In this document: one piece after another, positions 24,412 through 34,275 of the stretch
Layout: each line of letters begins with the position of its first letter
How positions within the stretch are numbered: position 1 is the first letter of the stretch
Origin: an uncultured Candidatus Saccharibacteria bacterium
GTDB lineage: Bacteria > Patescibacteriota > Minisyncoccia > Phycocordibacterales > UBA2100
Reading direction: 5' to 3'
Length of the DNA stretch: 64,000 nt
Assembly: GCA_964633425.1 (NCBI GenBank)
Contig: CAZWFX010000006.1
Location: forward strand, 4,955-68,954
The notes under the pieces: model-generated
Seen by the model: only the letters and a program-made list of their open reading frames with translations
Databases searched by the model: none
Told to the model about the DNA's origin: nothing
Program-made: the position numbers and the translations under genes

Positions 24412-24870
24412 ATGGACATGCTGATTATGTTTGCGGCTCGCTACCTCATCCTGCTGCTTCCCATTGCACTGCTTCAGCAAATCTGGATGCTTAGTCCGAA
24501 GGAAAAGTTCAGCTTCATAGCTCACACGCTACTCACACTCCTTATCGCGTTTGCACTCGCAAAACTCGGCACACAGCTGTACGACAACCCTCGACCGTTC
24601 GTCGTCGGACAGTTCGAACCGCTGGTGCCCCACGGTATTGAGAACGGATTCCCGTCGCTCCACACCTTATTCGCCGCAACGATGGCTGCGCTGATTTTCA
24701 CGAAACACCGGTACCTCGGAATCGCCATGTTCTTTGTCGCCATCCTCATCGGTACCGCACGTGTACTCGCGGGCGTGCATCACGGCCTCGATGTGTTCGC
24801 GAGCCTGTGCATTTCGATAGCCGCCCTCTACATTGCGCGACAACTGCTGGGAATTCGTATATACAGATAG
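24412..24870 (+). CDS. PAP2-family phosphatase (BcrC-like undecaprenyl-diphosphatase candidate)
   Basis: KLGTQLYDNPRP, PSLH and ARVLAGVHHGLD, the three PAP2 motifs. Confidence 0.7.
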   Translation: MDMLIMFAARYLILLLPIALLQQIWMLSPKEKFSFIAHTLLTLLIAFALAKLGTQLYDNPRPFVVGQFEPLVPHGIENGFPSLHTLFAATMAALIFTKHRYLGIAMFFVAILIGTARVLAGVHHGLDVFASLCISIAALYIARQLLGIRIYR

Positions 24871-24872
24871 CT

Positions 24873-25640
24873 ATGCATTTTTTTGACGCTGTAATCTTGG
24901 GAGTGGTTGAGGGCATCACTGAATTTCTACCCATCTCCTCTACCGGCCACCTTATTCTCGCAAACGAATTACTCGGTATTCCCGCAACGGATTTCACGAA
25001 AAGTTTTGAGATCGCGATACAGCTCGGAGCAATGTGTGCAGTGCTCGCACTGTACTTCAAATCGTTCTTCGACATTGAGATATTGAAACGACTGATAGTC
25101 GGTTTCATTCCGACCGGCATCATCGGATTCGCCGTCTACCCGTACGTCAAAGCGATACTGCTCGGTAGCCCGCTTGTTGTCGTTATTGCGCTCGCATTCG
25201 GCGGGTTCGTCCTCATAGCATTCGAGTTATTCAACGTGCAGGCAGACGATACCCGAGGGGACCTACGAGCAATGCCCTACAGCCGTGCCGCCCTCATCGG
25301 ACTCGCTCAGTCCGTCGCAGTCGTGCCTGGCGTATCTCGGTCTGCAGCAACGATCGTAGGCGGTCTCGTCATGAAAATGCCGCGAGCAGCCATTGTTGAG
25401 TTCTCTTTTTTGCTCGGCGTACCGACGATTGCTGCAGCAACCGCGCTCGACCTCCTGAAGAGTTATAAAACCTTCGCAGGTGCGGACATACTCCCGTTTG
25501 TTACCGGGTTTGTCGTCGCTTTTTTCGTTGCGCTCGCAAGTTTACGATTTTTGTTGCGATACGTGCGCAATCACACCTTCATTGCGTTCGGCGTCTACCG
25601 GATCGTGATAGCGCTCGCCTTTCTCTTTTTCGTGCTCTAA
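24873..25640 (+). CDS. uppP: undecaprenyl-diphosphate phosphatase
   Basis: AVILGVVEGITEFLPISSTGHLIL and GVSRSAATIVGG BacA motifs. ATG 24873. Confidence 0.85.
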   Translation: MHFFDAVILGVVEGITEFLPISSTGHLILANELLGIPATDFTKSFEIAIQLGAMCAVLALYFKSFFDIEILKRLIVGFIPTGIIGFAVYPYVKAILLGSPLVVVIALAFGGFVLIAFELFNVQADDTRGDLRAMPYSRAALIGLAQSVAVVPGVSRSAATIVGGLVMKMPRAAIVEFSFLLGVPTIAAATALDLLKSYKTFAGADILPFVTGFVVAFFVALASLRFLLRYVRNHTFIAFGVYRIVIALAFLFFVL

Positions 25641-27436
25641 AGCGCGATCTGTACGGTCACTGAGTCCGTAACGTGAGACCCGTTCGGCGCGATGCACGAA
25701 ATAGTGAATGTGGTCGGCTGCGTAAGCGGCACCGTTGACGCGCCGCCTTTCAAGGTTGTCTGGGTAAAGCTCCCGTCCGGCGAAGTTTCGATGCAGTCAG
25801 TAACACCCTGCGTGTTCCAGAAGATCGAGGTTCGAGCACCGAGCGGTACGGTCGTGGGAGACGCCCAGATATCCACTTTTGCATTCAGCGGCTGCGCCGT
25901 GGTTGTTGTGGCCTTCGCAGGTGTTGTTTTGGTACCGCCGACAGTCGTCTTGGTAACCACCGGCTGCGTGGCGGGTGTCGTTGTCTTTGTGGTCACGACA
26001 GGTGCCGTGCTCGGACCCACCGCGTAACCGCGCCATGTGCACAAAGAATCAAAGAACGACGGCGGAATGATGTAGGACAGGAAATTCTTTGACCACGGAC
26101 GGTTGGTGCACATCTTCGCGACTGCACTTGTACCACTGGTAGAGTTGGTCCCGAAGAATCCCGCAACCTCGGTTTTACCTTCGCGGACGCCCGCGATAAT
26201 CGTTGTTCCGTTTGAGAGAATCTTTACATCGCCATATGCTCCCGGCGGGAGATTCTTCGCAACGATCGACTGCACAATCGACTGCGGTGAGTTGAAGTTG
26301 AGCGATGCACCGGCATCGTTGGTGCCGCCGGTCGAGGCCGAGATACCCGTCGATCCGTTACCGAGTGCTGCGCTCCCGCCGGTGGAAGCAGAGCCTCCGG
26401 TCACACTGCCTGAGTTATTCAAATTAGTGAGCGGTGTCGTAAAGAGCGGTGCGCTCGCGTTCGAATTGGAACCGCCGGTTCCCGTCGTAACACCGGTCAC
26501 GTTCGTGCTCGAGCCGCCGTTCGTGCCACCCGTTCCCCCGTTTCCGCAGGCGGTGGCGCTCCCGCCGGTGCCGGTCGTTCCGCCGACGCAATCCTGTCCG
26601 TTGTTCGGGCTTGGATTCGCGCCCGCTGCAATCGTGAGATTCACGCCACCACGGATATCTCCGGTAGAAGCGATCTTCAGGCGAGCGGCGAACGACCCTG
26701 CAGCGGAGTACGTGTGATCAACTGTCTCTTGAATACTGCGGCACCCGTCTTCCGCATGAACGGGCACGTTGTATTTCGCGCCGTCTGCGTAGTCGAGCTC
26801 AAGCTCCGGAGTGTTACAGCCTGTCGTACCGTTGGTGTACGCAAATGTGACCTTGAGCGGCGTTTCTCCTTCGGTCGGGTTTGCCACTAGGCCGCCCGAC
26901 GGATCAGTCTGATTTTCCTTGCTGGTCGGGTCGCTCGCGGGATTGTAGAAGTAACACATAGGATTACTTTCGGCCATCGCGCGATCGCCGGTCGGCTGCA
27001 TGGTGGTACACATACCGGTATTCGGGTCTGTCGGCGAGCCGCCGCCTCCCCCGCCATCTTTACCCTTGAGAGCTTCCATCAACTTGCCGAGCATTTCGCC
27101 GAGCTTCGACATACCCTGATCGAGCTTGCCGTCACTGGTCGACTTTGCTTCGCATTTATTCGGAGCGATACAGGTACCGGGAACACTGAAACCGTTCGTA
27201 TTATCAATGCAGATTCCGGGCGGGCACATGAACTTATTCATTCCCGGTTTACAACCCCCCTTTCCGTCGGGAACGGTCATGCACTTACAGGTTGGAATCA
27301 CAATGTCACACATAGCGTCCGCCATTGTCCCCACTGCATTTGTGACCGCCGGCGCAAAAATCAAAACAGATATCACCGCGACTCCCAGTTTTTTAAGGAG
27401 ACTTGTAGTCGACATACGATACCGAAATGGTATCAC
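25637..27436 (-). CDS. anchored surface protein (599 aa) with PKD-like module, G/T/S-rich linker and C-terminal Ig-like module
   Basis: N-terminal TM, Cys-rich head, PLKVTFAYTNG..DHTYSAAGSFAARL (PKD-like). Confidence 0.6.
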   Translation of the reverse strand: MIPFRYRMSTTSLLKKLGVAVISVLIFAPAVTNAVGTMADAMCDIVIPTCKCMTVPDGKGGCKPGMNKFMCPPGICIDNTNGFSVPGTCIAPNKCEAKSTSDGKLDQGMSKLGEMLGKLMEALKGKDGGGGGGSPTDPNTGMCTTMQPTGDRAMAESNPMCYFYNPASDPTSKENQTDPSGGLVANPTEGETPLKVTFAYTNGTTGCNTPELELDYADGAKYNVPVHAEDGCRSIQETVDHTYSAAGSFAARLKIASTGDIRGGVNLTIAAGANPSPNNGQDCVGGTTGTGGSATACGNGGTGGTNGGSSTNVTGVTTGTGGSNSNASAPLFTTPLTNLNNSGSVTGGSASTGGSAALGNGSTGISASTGGTNDAGASLNFNSPQSIVQSIVAKNLPPGAYGDVKILSNGTTIIAGVREGKTEVAGFFGTNSTSGTSAVAKMCTNRPWSKNFLSYIIPPSFFDSLCTWRGYAVGPSTAPVVTTKTTTPATQPVVTKTTVGGTKTTPAKATTTTAQPLNAKVDIWASPTTVPLGARTSIFWNTQGVTDCIETSPDGSFTQTTLKGGASTVPLTQPTTFTISCIAPNGSHVTDSVTVQIAL

Positions 27437-28062
27437 ACAGCCGACAATACAAAGTGCTCCAGTGCGTATTCGAGTTCAAAACCCTGGCGACGCGCTTCGT
27501 GCGGTAACTCCGCGAGCATGGCAACAAGTTTGCGCGCACGAGCATCCGTCGGTCTGCGTAACAACGCATCCTTTGCCGCATAGAACAACATGCCGTGAAC
27601 CGCTTCAGGCTTACTCCCCGCCTGCAGCTCTCGCTGGTATGCGACCCATAAATCTTTTTTCTTTCCGTCCTGCAACGGACGCACGACGCCAAATATGCTG
27701 TCCCGTGCTTTTGCTTTTACCGACTCAAACTTTTCGGACGACTCCGCGTATTTTTCAATCTGCTTTTTGGTCGCGGCATCGACCGCTGTCTCGTATATAT
27801 AGTATGTATCCGACGCCGCTTTCAGGCTCGGTAGTCGATCGAGCACAATGCCGCGCATTTCGTCGTGCGTGAGCGTGCTGTCCAAGACCACCGTGCGCGC
27901 ACCCCCGAACATCCCTCCGCCCATGAGTGCAGCCTCAAGGTCGGCAAGTGTGTGGGCATCGGTGATGCGGAACACATCGGTTCCCGCACCCGCTAGTTCG
28001 ACAGCGGCATTCAGTTTTGCGCGCGCCGTGTCTCTGTCGGTACCGTAGTAGAGATACAACAT
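27433..28062 (-). CDS. short DNA polymerase III delta subunit-like protein
   Basis: MLYLYYGTD..FGGARTVVL..HDEM pattern and position immediately downstream of polA. Weak similarity call. Confidence 0.45.
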   Translation of the reverse strand: MLYLYYGTDRDTARAKLNAAVELAGAGTDVFRITDAHTLADLEAALMGGGMFGGARTVVLDSTLTHDEMRGIVLDRLPSLKAASDTYYIYETAVDAATKKQIEKYAESSEKFESVKAKARDSIFGVVRPLQDGKKKDLWVAYQRELQAGSKPEAVHGMLFYAAKDALLRRPTDARARKLVAMLAELPHEARRQGFELEYALEHFVLSAV

Positions 28063-28065
28063 GGT

Positions 28066-30564
28066 TTAGCCGTGCTTCACTCGTTCGACGTTCCCCCAGT
28101 TTGTTCCGACCGACATCTCGGCGATGATCGGCACACCGGAGAGCAGCGCAGGATCAACAACCTTCTCCATGACTTCGCGGATTGCCTCACCGATCTCGAG
28201 TGCGTCGTTCTCGTCGATCTCGTAGACGAGTTCGTCGTGCACCTGCAAGAGGAGCTTCGCCTTTTCGCGCCACCCTCTTTGTTCGATCATCTCGTCTGCG
28301 ACGACCATTGCACGCTTAATGATGTCTGCCTGCGTACCCTGGATGGGAGCATTAATTGCCATGCGTTCAGCCTGCGCCTTGATGTTCGGCAGCGGTGACT
28401 GGAATCCGGGAAAATATCGACGACGGCCGTACAGCGTTTCAGTGAACCCCTGTCGCTGCGCCTCGGCCTTCGTCTTTTCTATATAGCGTGCTACGCCGGC
28501 AAAGTTCTTGAAGTATTCGGTCAGGAATGTCGCTGCTTCGTCGCGCGATATACCCTCGCCCAGGTTCTGGCGAAGTGCGTTCACCCCCATGCCATAGAGT
28601 ATGCCGAAGTTGATGACCTTGGCTCGACGACGCATTTCTTTATCGACGTGCTCGGGCGGCACGCCGAACACCTGCGCCGCAGTCGCGGCGTGCACGTCTT
28701 CGCCGCGTCGGAATACATCCGTGAGGATCGGGTCACCGGAGAGACCCGCCGCAATGCGAAGCTCGATCTGTGAGTAGTCGATCGCTACAAATCTTTTGCC
28801 CTTCGCAGCAACAAAACCGGTGCGGATACGACGACCGTTCTCGGTTTTGATGGGAATGTTCTGGAGGTTCGGGTCCTGGCACGACATGCGACCCGTGGCC
28901 GATCCGTTCTGAACGAATTCCGTTCGGAGTCGCCCGTCTTTTCCGACAAGTGCCGGCATTTTTTCGATATAGGTACCGAGCAGCTTCTGCAGCTCACGAT
29001 ATGAAAGCACGTCCATGATGATCGGATGCTGATCCGCCATTTTTAGAAGCTCTTCTTCTTTTGTGGTGCGTGCGCCGGTCGCTGTTTTCTTTTGCTTTTC
29101 CAGTGTGATCTTAAGCTCGTCATACAACACGTCACCCAGCTGTTTCGGTGAGTTTATATTGAACTCATGTCCCGCATATCCGAAAATTCTCAGTCCTATT
29201 TTGGAGAGTTCTGATGCGTATTCCCGCTCGAGCGACTTCATGTACTTCACGTCGAGCTCGATACCCGTGTCGTTCATACGGTTCACGACCGCAATGAGCG
29301 GCTGCTCGATCTCTTTGAAAACCAGACCGAGCCTGCCCGTGACTTCGAGCTGCTTAAATATCACATCGTGTGCCTCGTCAAAGTTGTCCGTCTTAGCAAA
29401 ACTAAGGATGTCCTGCACGCTCGGCGACGTGAGATCGCTCTTTAAAAGCCACGCCGCGATACCGAGCTCTTTTACATCGTCAGCCGTCGCGACAACGTCA
29501 CTCTCACCGACTGTTTGCACAGTCGCCTCGGAAAGCCCGAGCGCCCCCTTGAGTCGCTGGCGTATCGAATGGAATTCGTACTTTTCGAGCACGGGACCGA
29601 TGGTCTCCGCGAATTCCTTCATGTGGTAGTGGTTGGTCGGCAGTTTGAAACCGATTGGAAGGTCGGTGTGAATGGTTGCGAGGTCCCTGGAAAATTCCGC
29701 CTGACTCTGGTTTGCCGCGACAAGTTCTACGTACTGTCGACGGACTCCTGATTCCTTCGAGACCGCTTCGACACCTTTTTTATGCAGTGCTTCGTAGATT
29801 TTGGCCAGCCCGCCGTACTTGATGATGAGTTTACTCGCGCTTCCTGCACCGACACCGGGCACACCGGGAATGTTGTCGGATGTATCGCCGACGATTCCTT
29901 TGTAGTCGATGACGTACTCGGGACCGAACCCGTATTTATTGACGACCTCGGTCTCGTCGTAAATGACCGTGTCCGAGATTCCGGTACGGATCATGAATAC
30001 GCGCGTCCGCGGCCCGACCAATTGAAGCGTGTCGCTGTCGCCGGTAGCGATGATGGTCTCAAGGTCGCTCCGTTTACTTGTCTCGCGAGCGATAGTGCCG
30101 AGCATGTCGTCAGCCTCGTACCCGGGCTTTTCGTAAACCGGAATGCCGAACGCTTCGAATATTTCGGGAGCCTGGTTGAGTTGTGTGATGAGCGCGTCGT
30201 CGATCTGCGCACGCGTTGCTTTGTACGATTCAAACGCTTCATGACGGACGGTTTTTCCGGGCAGGTCTCGTGTGGCGATGATGTAGTCAGGCTTCAGCGT
30301 GTCGCTGATCTTGAGCAGCATGAGAATCAGGCCGTACAGGGCCCCTGTTGGTTCCCCGTTCGCTTTCGAAAATTCCGGTAGCGCGTGATACGCGCGGTGG
30401 AGAATTGCATGAGAGTCGAGCAGCACCACTCGTGTCGGTTTCCCGGCATCTTTCGGCAACTCCTTCCCCATCCGACCCACCGCCTTGCCCGGCTTTGTCG
30501 CTTTTTCGGATCGAGCGTTATCCGGTGCTTTCGTGACTGTTTTCTTTGCCGCCTTCTTTGCCAT
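28066..30564 (-). CDS. polA: DNA polymerase I (5'-nuclease + polymerase domains)
   Basis: LLDSHAILHRAYHA, GDSDTLQL, DYSQIELR, QVHDELV. Start uncertain: ATG 30564 (overlaps tsaE by 47 nt and gives a Lys-rich tail) or ATG 30471. Confidence 0.9.
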   Translation of the reverse strand: MAKKAAKKTVTKAPDNARSEKATKPGKAVGRMGKELPKDAGKPTRVVLLDSHAILHRAYHALPEFSKANGEPTGALYGLILMLLKISDTLKPDYIIATRDLPGKTVRHEAFESYKATRAQIDDALITQLNQAPEIFEAFGIPVYEKPGYEADDMLGTIARETSKRSDLETIIATGDSDTLQLVGPRTRVFMIRTGISDTVIYDETEVVNKYGFGPEYVIDYKGIVGDTSDNIPGVPGVGAGSASKLIIKYGGLAKIYEALHKKGVEAVSKESGVRRQYVELVAANQSQAEFSRDLATIHTDLPIGFKLPTNHYHMKEFAETIGPVLEKYEFHSIRQRLKGALGLSEATVQTVGESDVVATADDVKELGIAAWLLKSDLTSPSVQDILSFAKTDNFDEAHDVIFKQLEVTGRLGLVFKEIEQPLIAVVNRMNDTGIELDVKYMKSLEREYASELSKIGLRIFGYAGHEFNINSPKQLGDVLYDELKITLEKQKKTATGARTTKEEELLKMADQHPIIMDVLSYRELQKLLGTYIEKMPALVGKDGRLRTEFVQNGSATGRMSCQDPNLQNIPIKTENGRRIRTGFVAAKGKRFVAIDYSQIELRIAAGLSGDPILTDVFRRGEDVHAATAAQVFGVPPEHVDKEMRRRAKVINFGILYGMGVNALRQNLGEGISRDEAATFLTEYFKNFAGVARYIEKTKAEAQRQGFTETLYGRRRYFPGFQSPLPNIKAQAERMAINAPIQGTQADIIKRAMVVADEMIEQRGWREKAKLLLQVHDELVYEIDENDALEIGEAIREVMEKVVDPALLSGVPIIAEMSVGTNWGNVERVKHG

Positions 30565-30982
30565 ACGTGAATGTGATGATACGCCCCTCGCCCTCAATGT
30601 CGAATCTGATAGCAATCGCAGTATCGGGGATCGCACCCGGCACAGCCTCAGGCCACTCGAGTACGATGAGATTGTGGGGGTCTGCAAGAATGTCGTTCCA
30701 CCCGATCGTGACGAGTTCCTGCATGCTTTTCAATCGGTACGTATCGATATGGATCAGCTTCTTGTACAGCTGGTCCTTGAGATCGTAGGTCTTTTGGATG
30801 ACGAACGTGGGACTCGCAACGGTTTCGTCGACACCGAGTGCTCGTGCAATCCCTTTGGTAAACGTGGTCTTCCCAGCCCCCAGGCTCCCCGAGAGAGTAA
30901 CAACAGTCGCGGTCGCACCGGGACGAAGCCCCGCCACGAAATCCGCTGCCGCTTTCGGCATGTCTGATTCAAGCACGTTCAT
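30518..30982 (-). CDS. tsaE: tRNA t6A37 biosynthesis ATPase TsaE
   Basis: LSGSLGAGKTTFTKGIARALGV..VASPTFVI..HIDTYRL. Confidence 0.8.
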   Translation of the reverse strand: MNVLESDMPKAAADFVAGLRPGATATVVTLSGSLGAGKTTFTKGIARALGVDETVASPTFVIQKTYDLKDQLYKKLIHIDTYRLKSMQELVTIGWNDILADPHNLIVLEWPEAVPGAIPDTAIAIRFDIEGEGRIITFTYGKEGGKENSHESTG

Positions 30983-31049
30983 CTGCTGATTCTACTCTTT
31001 CACGGTTCCCGACGAAACCGGAGTCGGCGGTGCGATACAATAATCGTAC

Positions 31050-32741
31050 ATGACGACGTTCAACGAAAAGAAACAGGACGAACGCCTGCACGAACTGCGC
31101 CTCAAAGAGGAAGAGCAGCTTGCGGAAATGCTCGCGCACAAATACAGCGTTGACTACGTGGATCTGACGTCGAAATCGATCGACACCGATGCGCTCGGCT
31201 TGTTGCCCGAGGCGGATGCACGAGCAGCTGAAGTGGCGGCGTTCAAACGAATCAACAAGCAGATCATGGTCGCCATGCGCAGCCCCGACCGGCCCGATGC
31301 ACTGAAACAGTGCGAAGCGATCGAACACAAGGGCTACCAAGTTCGGCGTTTCATCGCCTCGCGAGCCTCGCTCGAACACGCATGGGATCGTTACCACGAC
31401 ATCTCATACGCTACACAGACCGAGGCGGGCGTACTCACCCTCTCCAACGAAACTATCCAGGAAATGCTCGGCAAGCTTCACACACTCGAGGATGTGAAGA
31501 CTCAGATCAATGAGAACACCTCTTCCAAGGACTCGCATCGCATCTCTCACGTGCTCGAAGTACTGATGGCCGGCGCGCTCGCGCTCGGCGCCTCCGACGT
31601 ACACCTTGAGCCGCAAGACGACGCGGTGGGCATGCGATACCGCATGGACGGTGTGCTGTTGCAGGTGATGATGTTCGACATTGCGACCTACGCGCTCATC
31701 TCGGCGCGACTAAAACTTCTCTCGGGGCTGAAGCTCAATATCAAGAACATGGCACAGGACGGACGATTCTCGATCGTTGTCGGCGGCAAAGAGATCGAGA
31801 TACGTACATCGGTGCTCCCTGGTGCGTACGCAGAAACGATTGTGATGCGTATTCTCGATCCGTCGACAATTGCACTCCCCATGGAAGTGCTCGGCTTCGA
31901 TAAATATCTGATGGATATTTTCAAACACGAGATCGCAAAACCAAACGGCATGATCCTGAACACCGGACCGACCGGATCGGGTAAGACGACGACACTCTAC
32001 GCATTCTTGCGCGGTGTGCTCTCGTCTGAAATCAAGATCGTCACGATCGAAGACCCCATCGAATACCACCTTGCCGGCGTCGTACAAACGCAGGTCTCGA
32101 AAGACTACACATTCGCACAGGGGCTGCGCTCTACACTCCGGCAGGACCCGGACGTGATCATGGTGGGCGAGATCCGAGACGGCGAAGTCGCATCAACGGC
32201 GGTCAACGCGTCGCTCACGGGTCACCTGGTGTTCTCGACGCTTCACACCAACGACGCAGGCGGCACCTTCCCCCGACTGGTAGACATGGGTGTGTCTCCC
32301 GACATTTTGGGCGCCGCTGTTACGACGGCGATGGCCCAGCGACTCGTGCGCCGACTCTGTCCGCATTGTCGCGAAGCAGTACCGATCACCGGAGCCGACC
32401 GCGCAACGATGGATAAACTTTTGAATAACATCCCGCACGCCGACGAGCTGCCGGAAAATAAGGACACTATGTGGAAAGCAAAGGGCTGCGATAAATGCGG
32501 CGGTATCGGTTACAAAGGACGAATCGCGGTCGTGGAAGTCATTTTGATGGATAAAGAAGTCGAAGAATGCATCCGACACACGTCGTCGGAGCGAGAGATC
32601 TGGGCGGCCGCAAAACATCAACGCATCCGCCGCATGGCACAGGATGGTGCCGTGAAGGTGCTCCAGGGCATCACCACACTCGATGAGCTTTCGCGCGTGG
32701 TCGACCTCAACGACGAGGTCATGCTCTCTACTATTGAGTAG
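31050..32741 (+). CDS. pilB: type IV pilus/type II secretion ATPase (PilB/GspE family)
   Basis: GPTGSGKTTTLYA Walker A, DPDVIMVGEIRD, LTGHLVFSTLHTND, tetracysteine CPHC..CDKC. Confidence 0.85.
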   Translation: MTTFNEKKQDERLHELRLKEEEQLAEMLAHKYSVDYVDLTSKSIDTDALGLLPEADARAAEVAAFKRINKQIMVAMRSPDRPDALKQCEAIEHKGYQVRRFIASRASLEHAWDRYHDISYATQTEAGVLTLSNETIQEMLGKLHTLEDVKTQINENTSSKDSHRISHVLEVLMAGALALGASDVHLEPQDDAVGMRYRMDGVLLQVMMFDIATYALISARLKLLSGLKLNIKNMAQDGRFSIVVGGKEIEIRTSVLPGAYAETIVMRILDPSTIALPMEVLGFDKYLMDIFKHEIAKPNGMILNTGPTGSGKTTTLYAFLRGVLSSEIKIVTIEDPIEYHLAGVVQTQVSKDYTFAQGLRSTLRQDPDVIMVGEIRDGEVASTAVNASLTGHLVFSTLHTNDAGGTFPRLVDMGVSPDILGAAVTTAMAQRLVRRLCPHCREAVPITGADRATMDKLLNNIPHADELPENKDTMWKAKGCDKCGGIGYKGRIAVVEVILMDKEVEECIRHTSSEREIWAAAKHQRIRRMAQDGAVKVLQGITTLDELSRVVDLNDEVMLSTIE

Positions 32742-32820
32742 CCTGTGCACGTGGCGCTCTTGACCGGGCTCCCGCTCGGGCGTACTACTATCTGCGGACA
32801 ACCCCAGCTGGAGCAAGACG

Positions 32821-33168
32821 ATGCGACATGTGATTCCCCCGAATGACGCACACGTGCTTTCGTGTGCAGATCGTGCCCGTATGGGCTTCGATCGCCTTTC
32901 ACGACGGTTCGGCCGCGCAGCCACACTGCAGGCCGCGCGCACGCCCCATCTCGATATCGACGATTCGCGCAAGTGCATGGTCGCTATCGCGAGCGGCACG
33001 GGCAGCTACGAGCAGGGCTGCAAGATGTTGGGCATCCAGAAAGACGGCGTCGAAGCAGTCATGCTCGGATTCTGGATGACAAATGACGGCGGTCCCGACT
33101 ACGATGCGTACCAGCAAGAGTCGCTCGACCTGCGCGACGAATTCCGCGCGCTCGCCTACGCGGCGTAA
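32821..33168 (+). CDS. hypothetical protein, paralogue of 33292..33699
   Basis: GGAG upstream and terminator at 33192-33218. Shared core C.(V/P)IA..G.....Y..(G/A)C..(L/M)GI. Confidence 0.5.
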   Translation: MRHVIPPNDAHVLSCADRARMGFDRLSRRFGRAATLQAARTPHLDIDDSRKCMVAIASGTGSYEQGCKMLGIQKDGVEAVMLGFWMTNDGGPDYDAYQQESLDLRDEFRALAYAA

Positions 33169-33191
33169 CGGGACAAATCGGACTCTGTGCG

Positions 33192-33218
33192 AAGGCGCCG
33201 TGTATCGGCGCCTTTTTG
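33192..33218 (+). terminator. rho-independent terminator
   Basis: AAGGCGCCG-TGTAT-CGGCGCCTT then TTTG. Confidence 0.7.
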
Positions 33219-33291
33219 CTTTCGATATGACTGCTGCAGTTTCATTGACACCATGAAGCTGTTTGTGTACGACGTACGCAGGAGGTGACAC

Positions 33292-33699
33292 ATGAAGCGA
33301 AATGATGAGCATCGACTGAGCATCGAACGGCGCGCGCGGCGGTTCCTGCGGTACATGGACCGGACGTTCCCGCTCGAGAAGAGTAACTGGGTACCGTGGC
33401 ATCACTGCATCCACCTCGAGACAATGCGCGTCGAGGACGCCACGACATGCCCAATTGCCCAGGTAGTCGGCGTCGCAGGCGGCGACTTCTACGCAGCGTG
33501 CGAGCGCATGGGTATCAACGTGAAGGACGAACGCGAGCTCCAGCACGCCGGACTGCTGCCCTATAACTCGCCGAGCGACGACAAGCCGTGGACGGTGGAT
33601 TATCGCGCGCTCGAGATTGCGAAGCTCAATGTGGCACTCAGAGCGAAGGTCGCTGAGCGCTACCGTCACCGGCCGAAACGCATCAGCTTGATCGCGTAA
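33292..33699 (+). CDS. hypothetical protein, paralogue of 32821..33168
   Basis: AGGAGGTG 6 nt upstream of the ATG. Terminator at 33717-33747. Confidence 0.55.
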   Translation: MKRNDEHRLSIERRARRFLRYMDRTFPLEKSNWVPWHHCIHLETMRVEDATTCPIAQVVGVAGGDFYAACERMGINVKDERELQHAGLLPYNSPSDDKPWTVDYRALEIAKLNVALRAKVAERYRHRPKRISLIA

Positions 33700-33716
33700 C
33701 TGTGGTACGGACCCGG

Positions 33717-33747
33717 CGCGCCGACTTGATCGGCGCGTCTTTTTTTA
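33717..33747. terminator. bidirectional terminator
   Basis: CGCGCCGA-CTTGA-TCGGCGCG then TCTTTTTTT. Confidence 0.7.
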
Positions 33748-34275
33748 TTCTTTCTTTTTGTATACCCGCTCGAACAGCCGGGCTCCCCGTTCGGTAACTT
33801 CTCTCAACGTTTTCGGGACAACACCGCTGTCGATTGATCCGGCGCTTGCAATGAGAATACCTCCGGGTTTCAAGACTCGCGCAATATCTTCGAACATCAT
33901 CGCCTGGTCCTGTGCATAGACGTCGGTATCAAATACTGCGATCCCGATAACTACATCGAATGAGTCGTTTGCAAACGGCAGCTGCTCTACACGCGCGGCA
34001 ACTTGCGGACCGCTCTCACCTCGCGGTCGCGCATCGACGCCGACTATATCGACACCGTTGTCGTGCAGACCCTTGAGATGGTCGCCGTTACCGCTTCCGA
34101 TTTCGAGAACCTTCGTATCTTTAGTGAGTATCATGCCCTCTTGCTTGAGCTTGAACTTGAACATCTCGTAGGCAGAGTCGCCGCCGTGATTCAAATTTTC
34201 CCACCAACCGCCGCCGGCATCGCCATACCTGCGCACATCGCCGGTCGGAACCTTCCTGTGTCGCTCTATGCTCAT
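33745..34275 (-). CDS. class I SAM-dependent methyltransferase
   Basis: VLEIGSGNGDHL (motif I), GVDA, LKPGGILI. Confidence 0.65.
   Translation of the reverse strand: MSIERHRKVPTGDVRRYGDAGGGWWENLNHGGDSAYEMFKFKLKQEGMILTKDTKVLEIGSGNGDHLKGLHDNGVDIVGVDARPRGESGPQVAARVEQLPFANDSFDVVIGIAVFDTDVYAQDQAMMFEDIARVLKPGGILIASAGSIDSGVVPKTLREVTERGARLFERVYKKKE

Noticed and set aside
24412-25640. Adjacent PAP2 and UppP genes as a possible novelty
   Set aside because: Two unrelated undecaprenyl-diphosphate phosphatase families in one genome are common. This is ordinary cell-envelope housekeeping.
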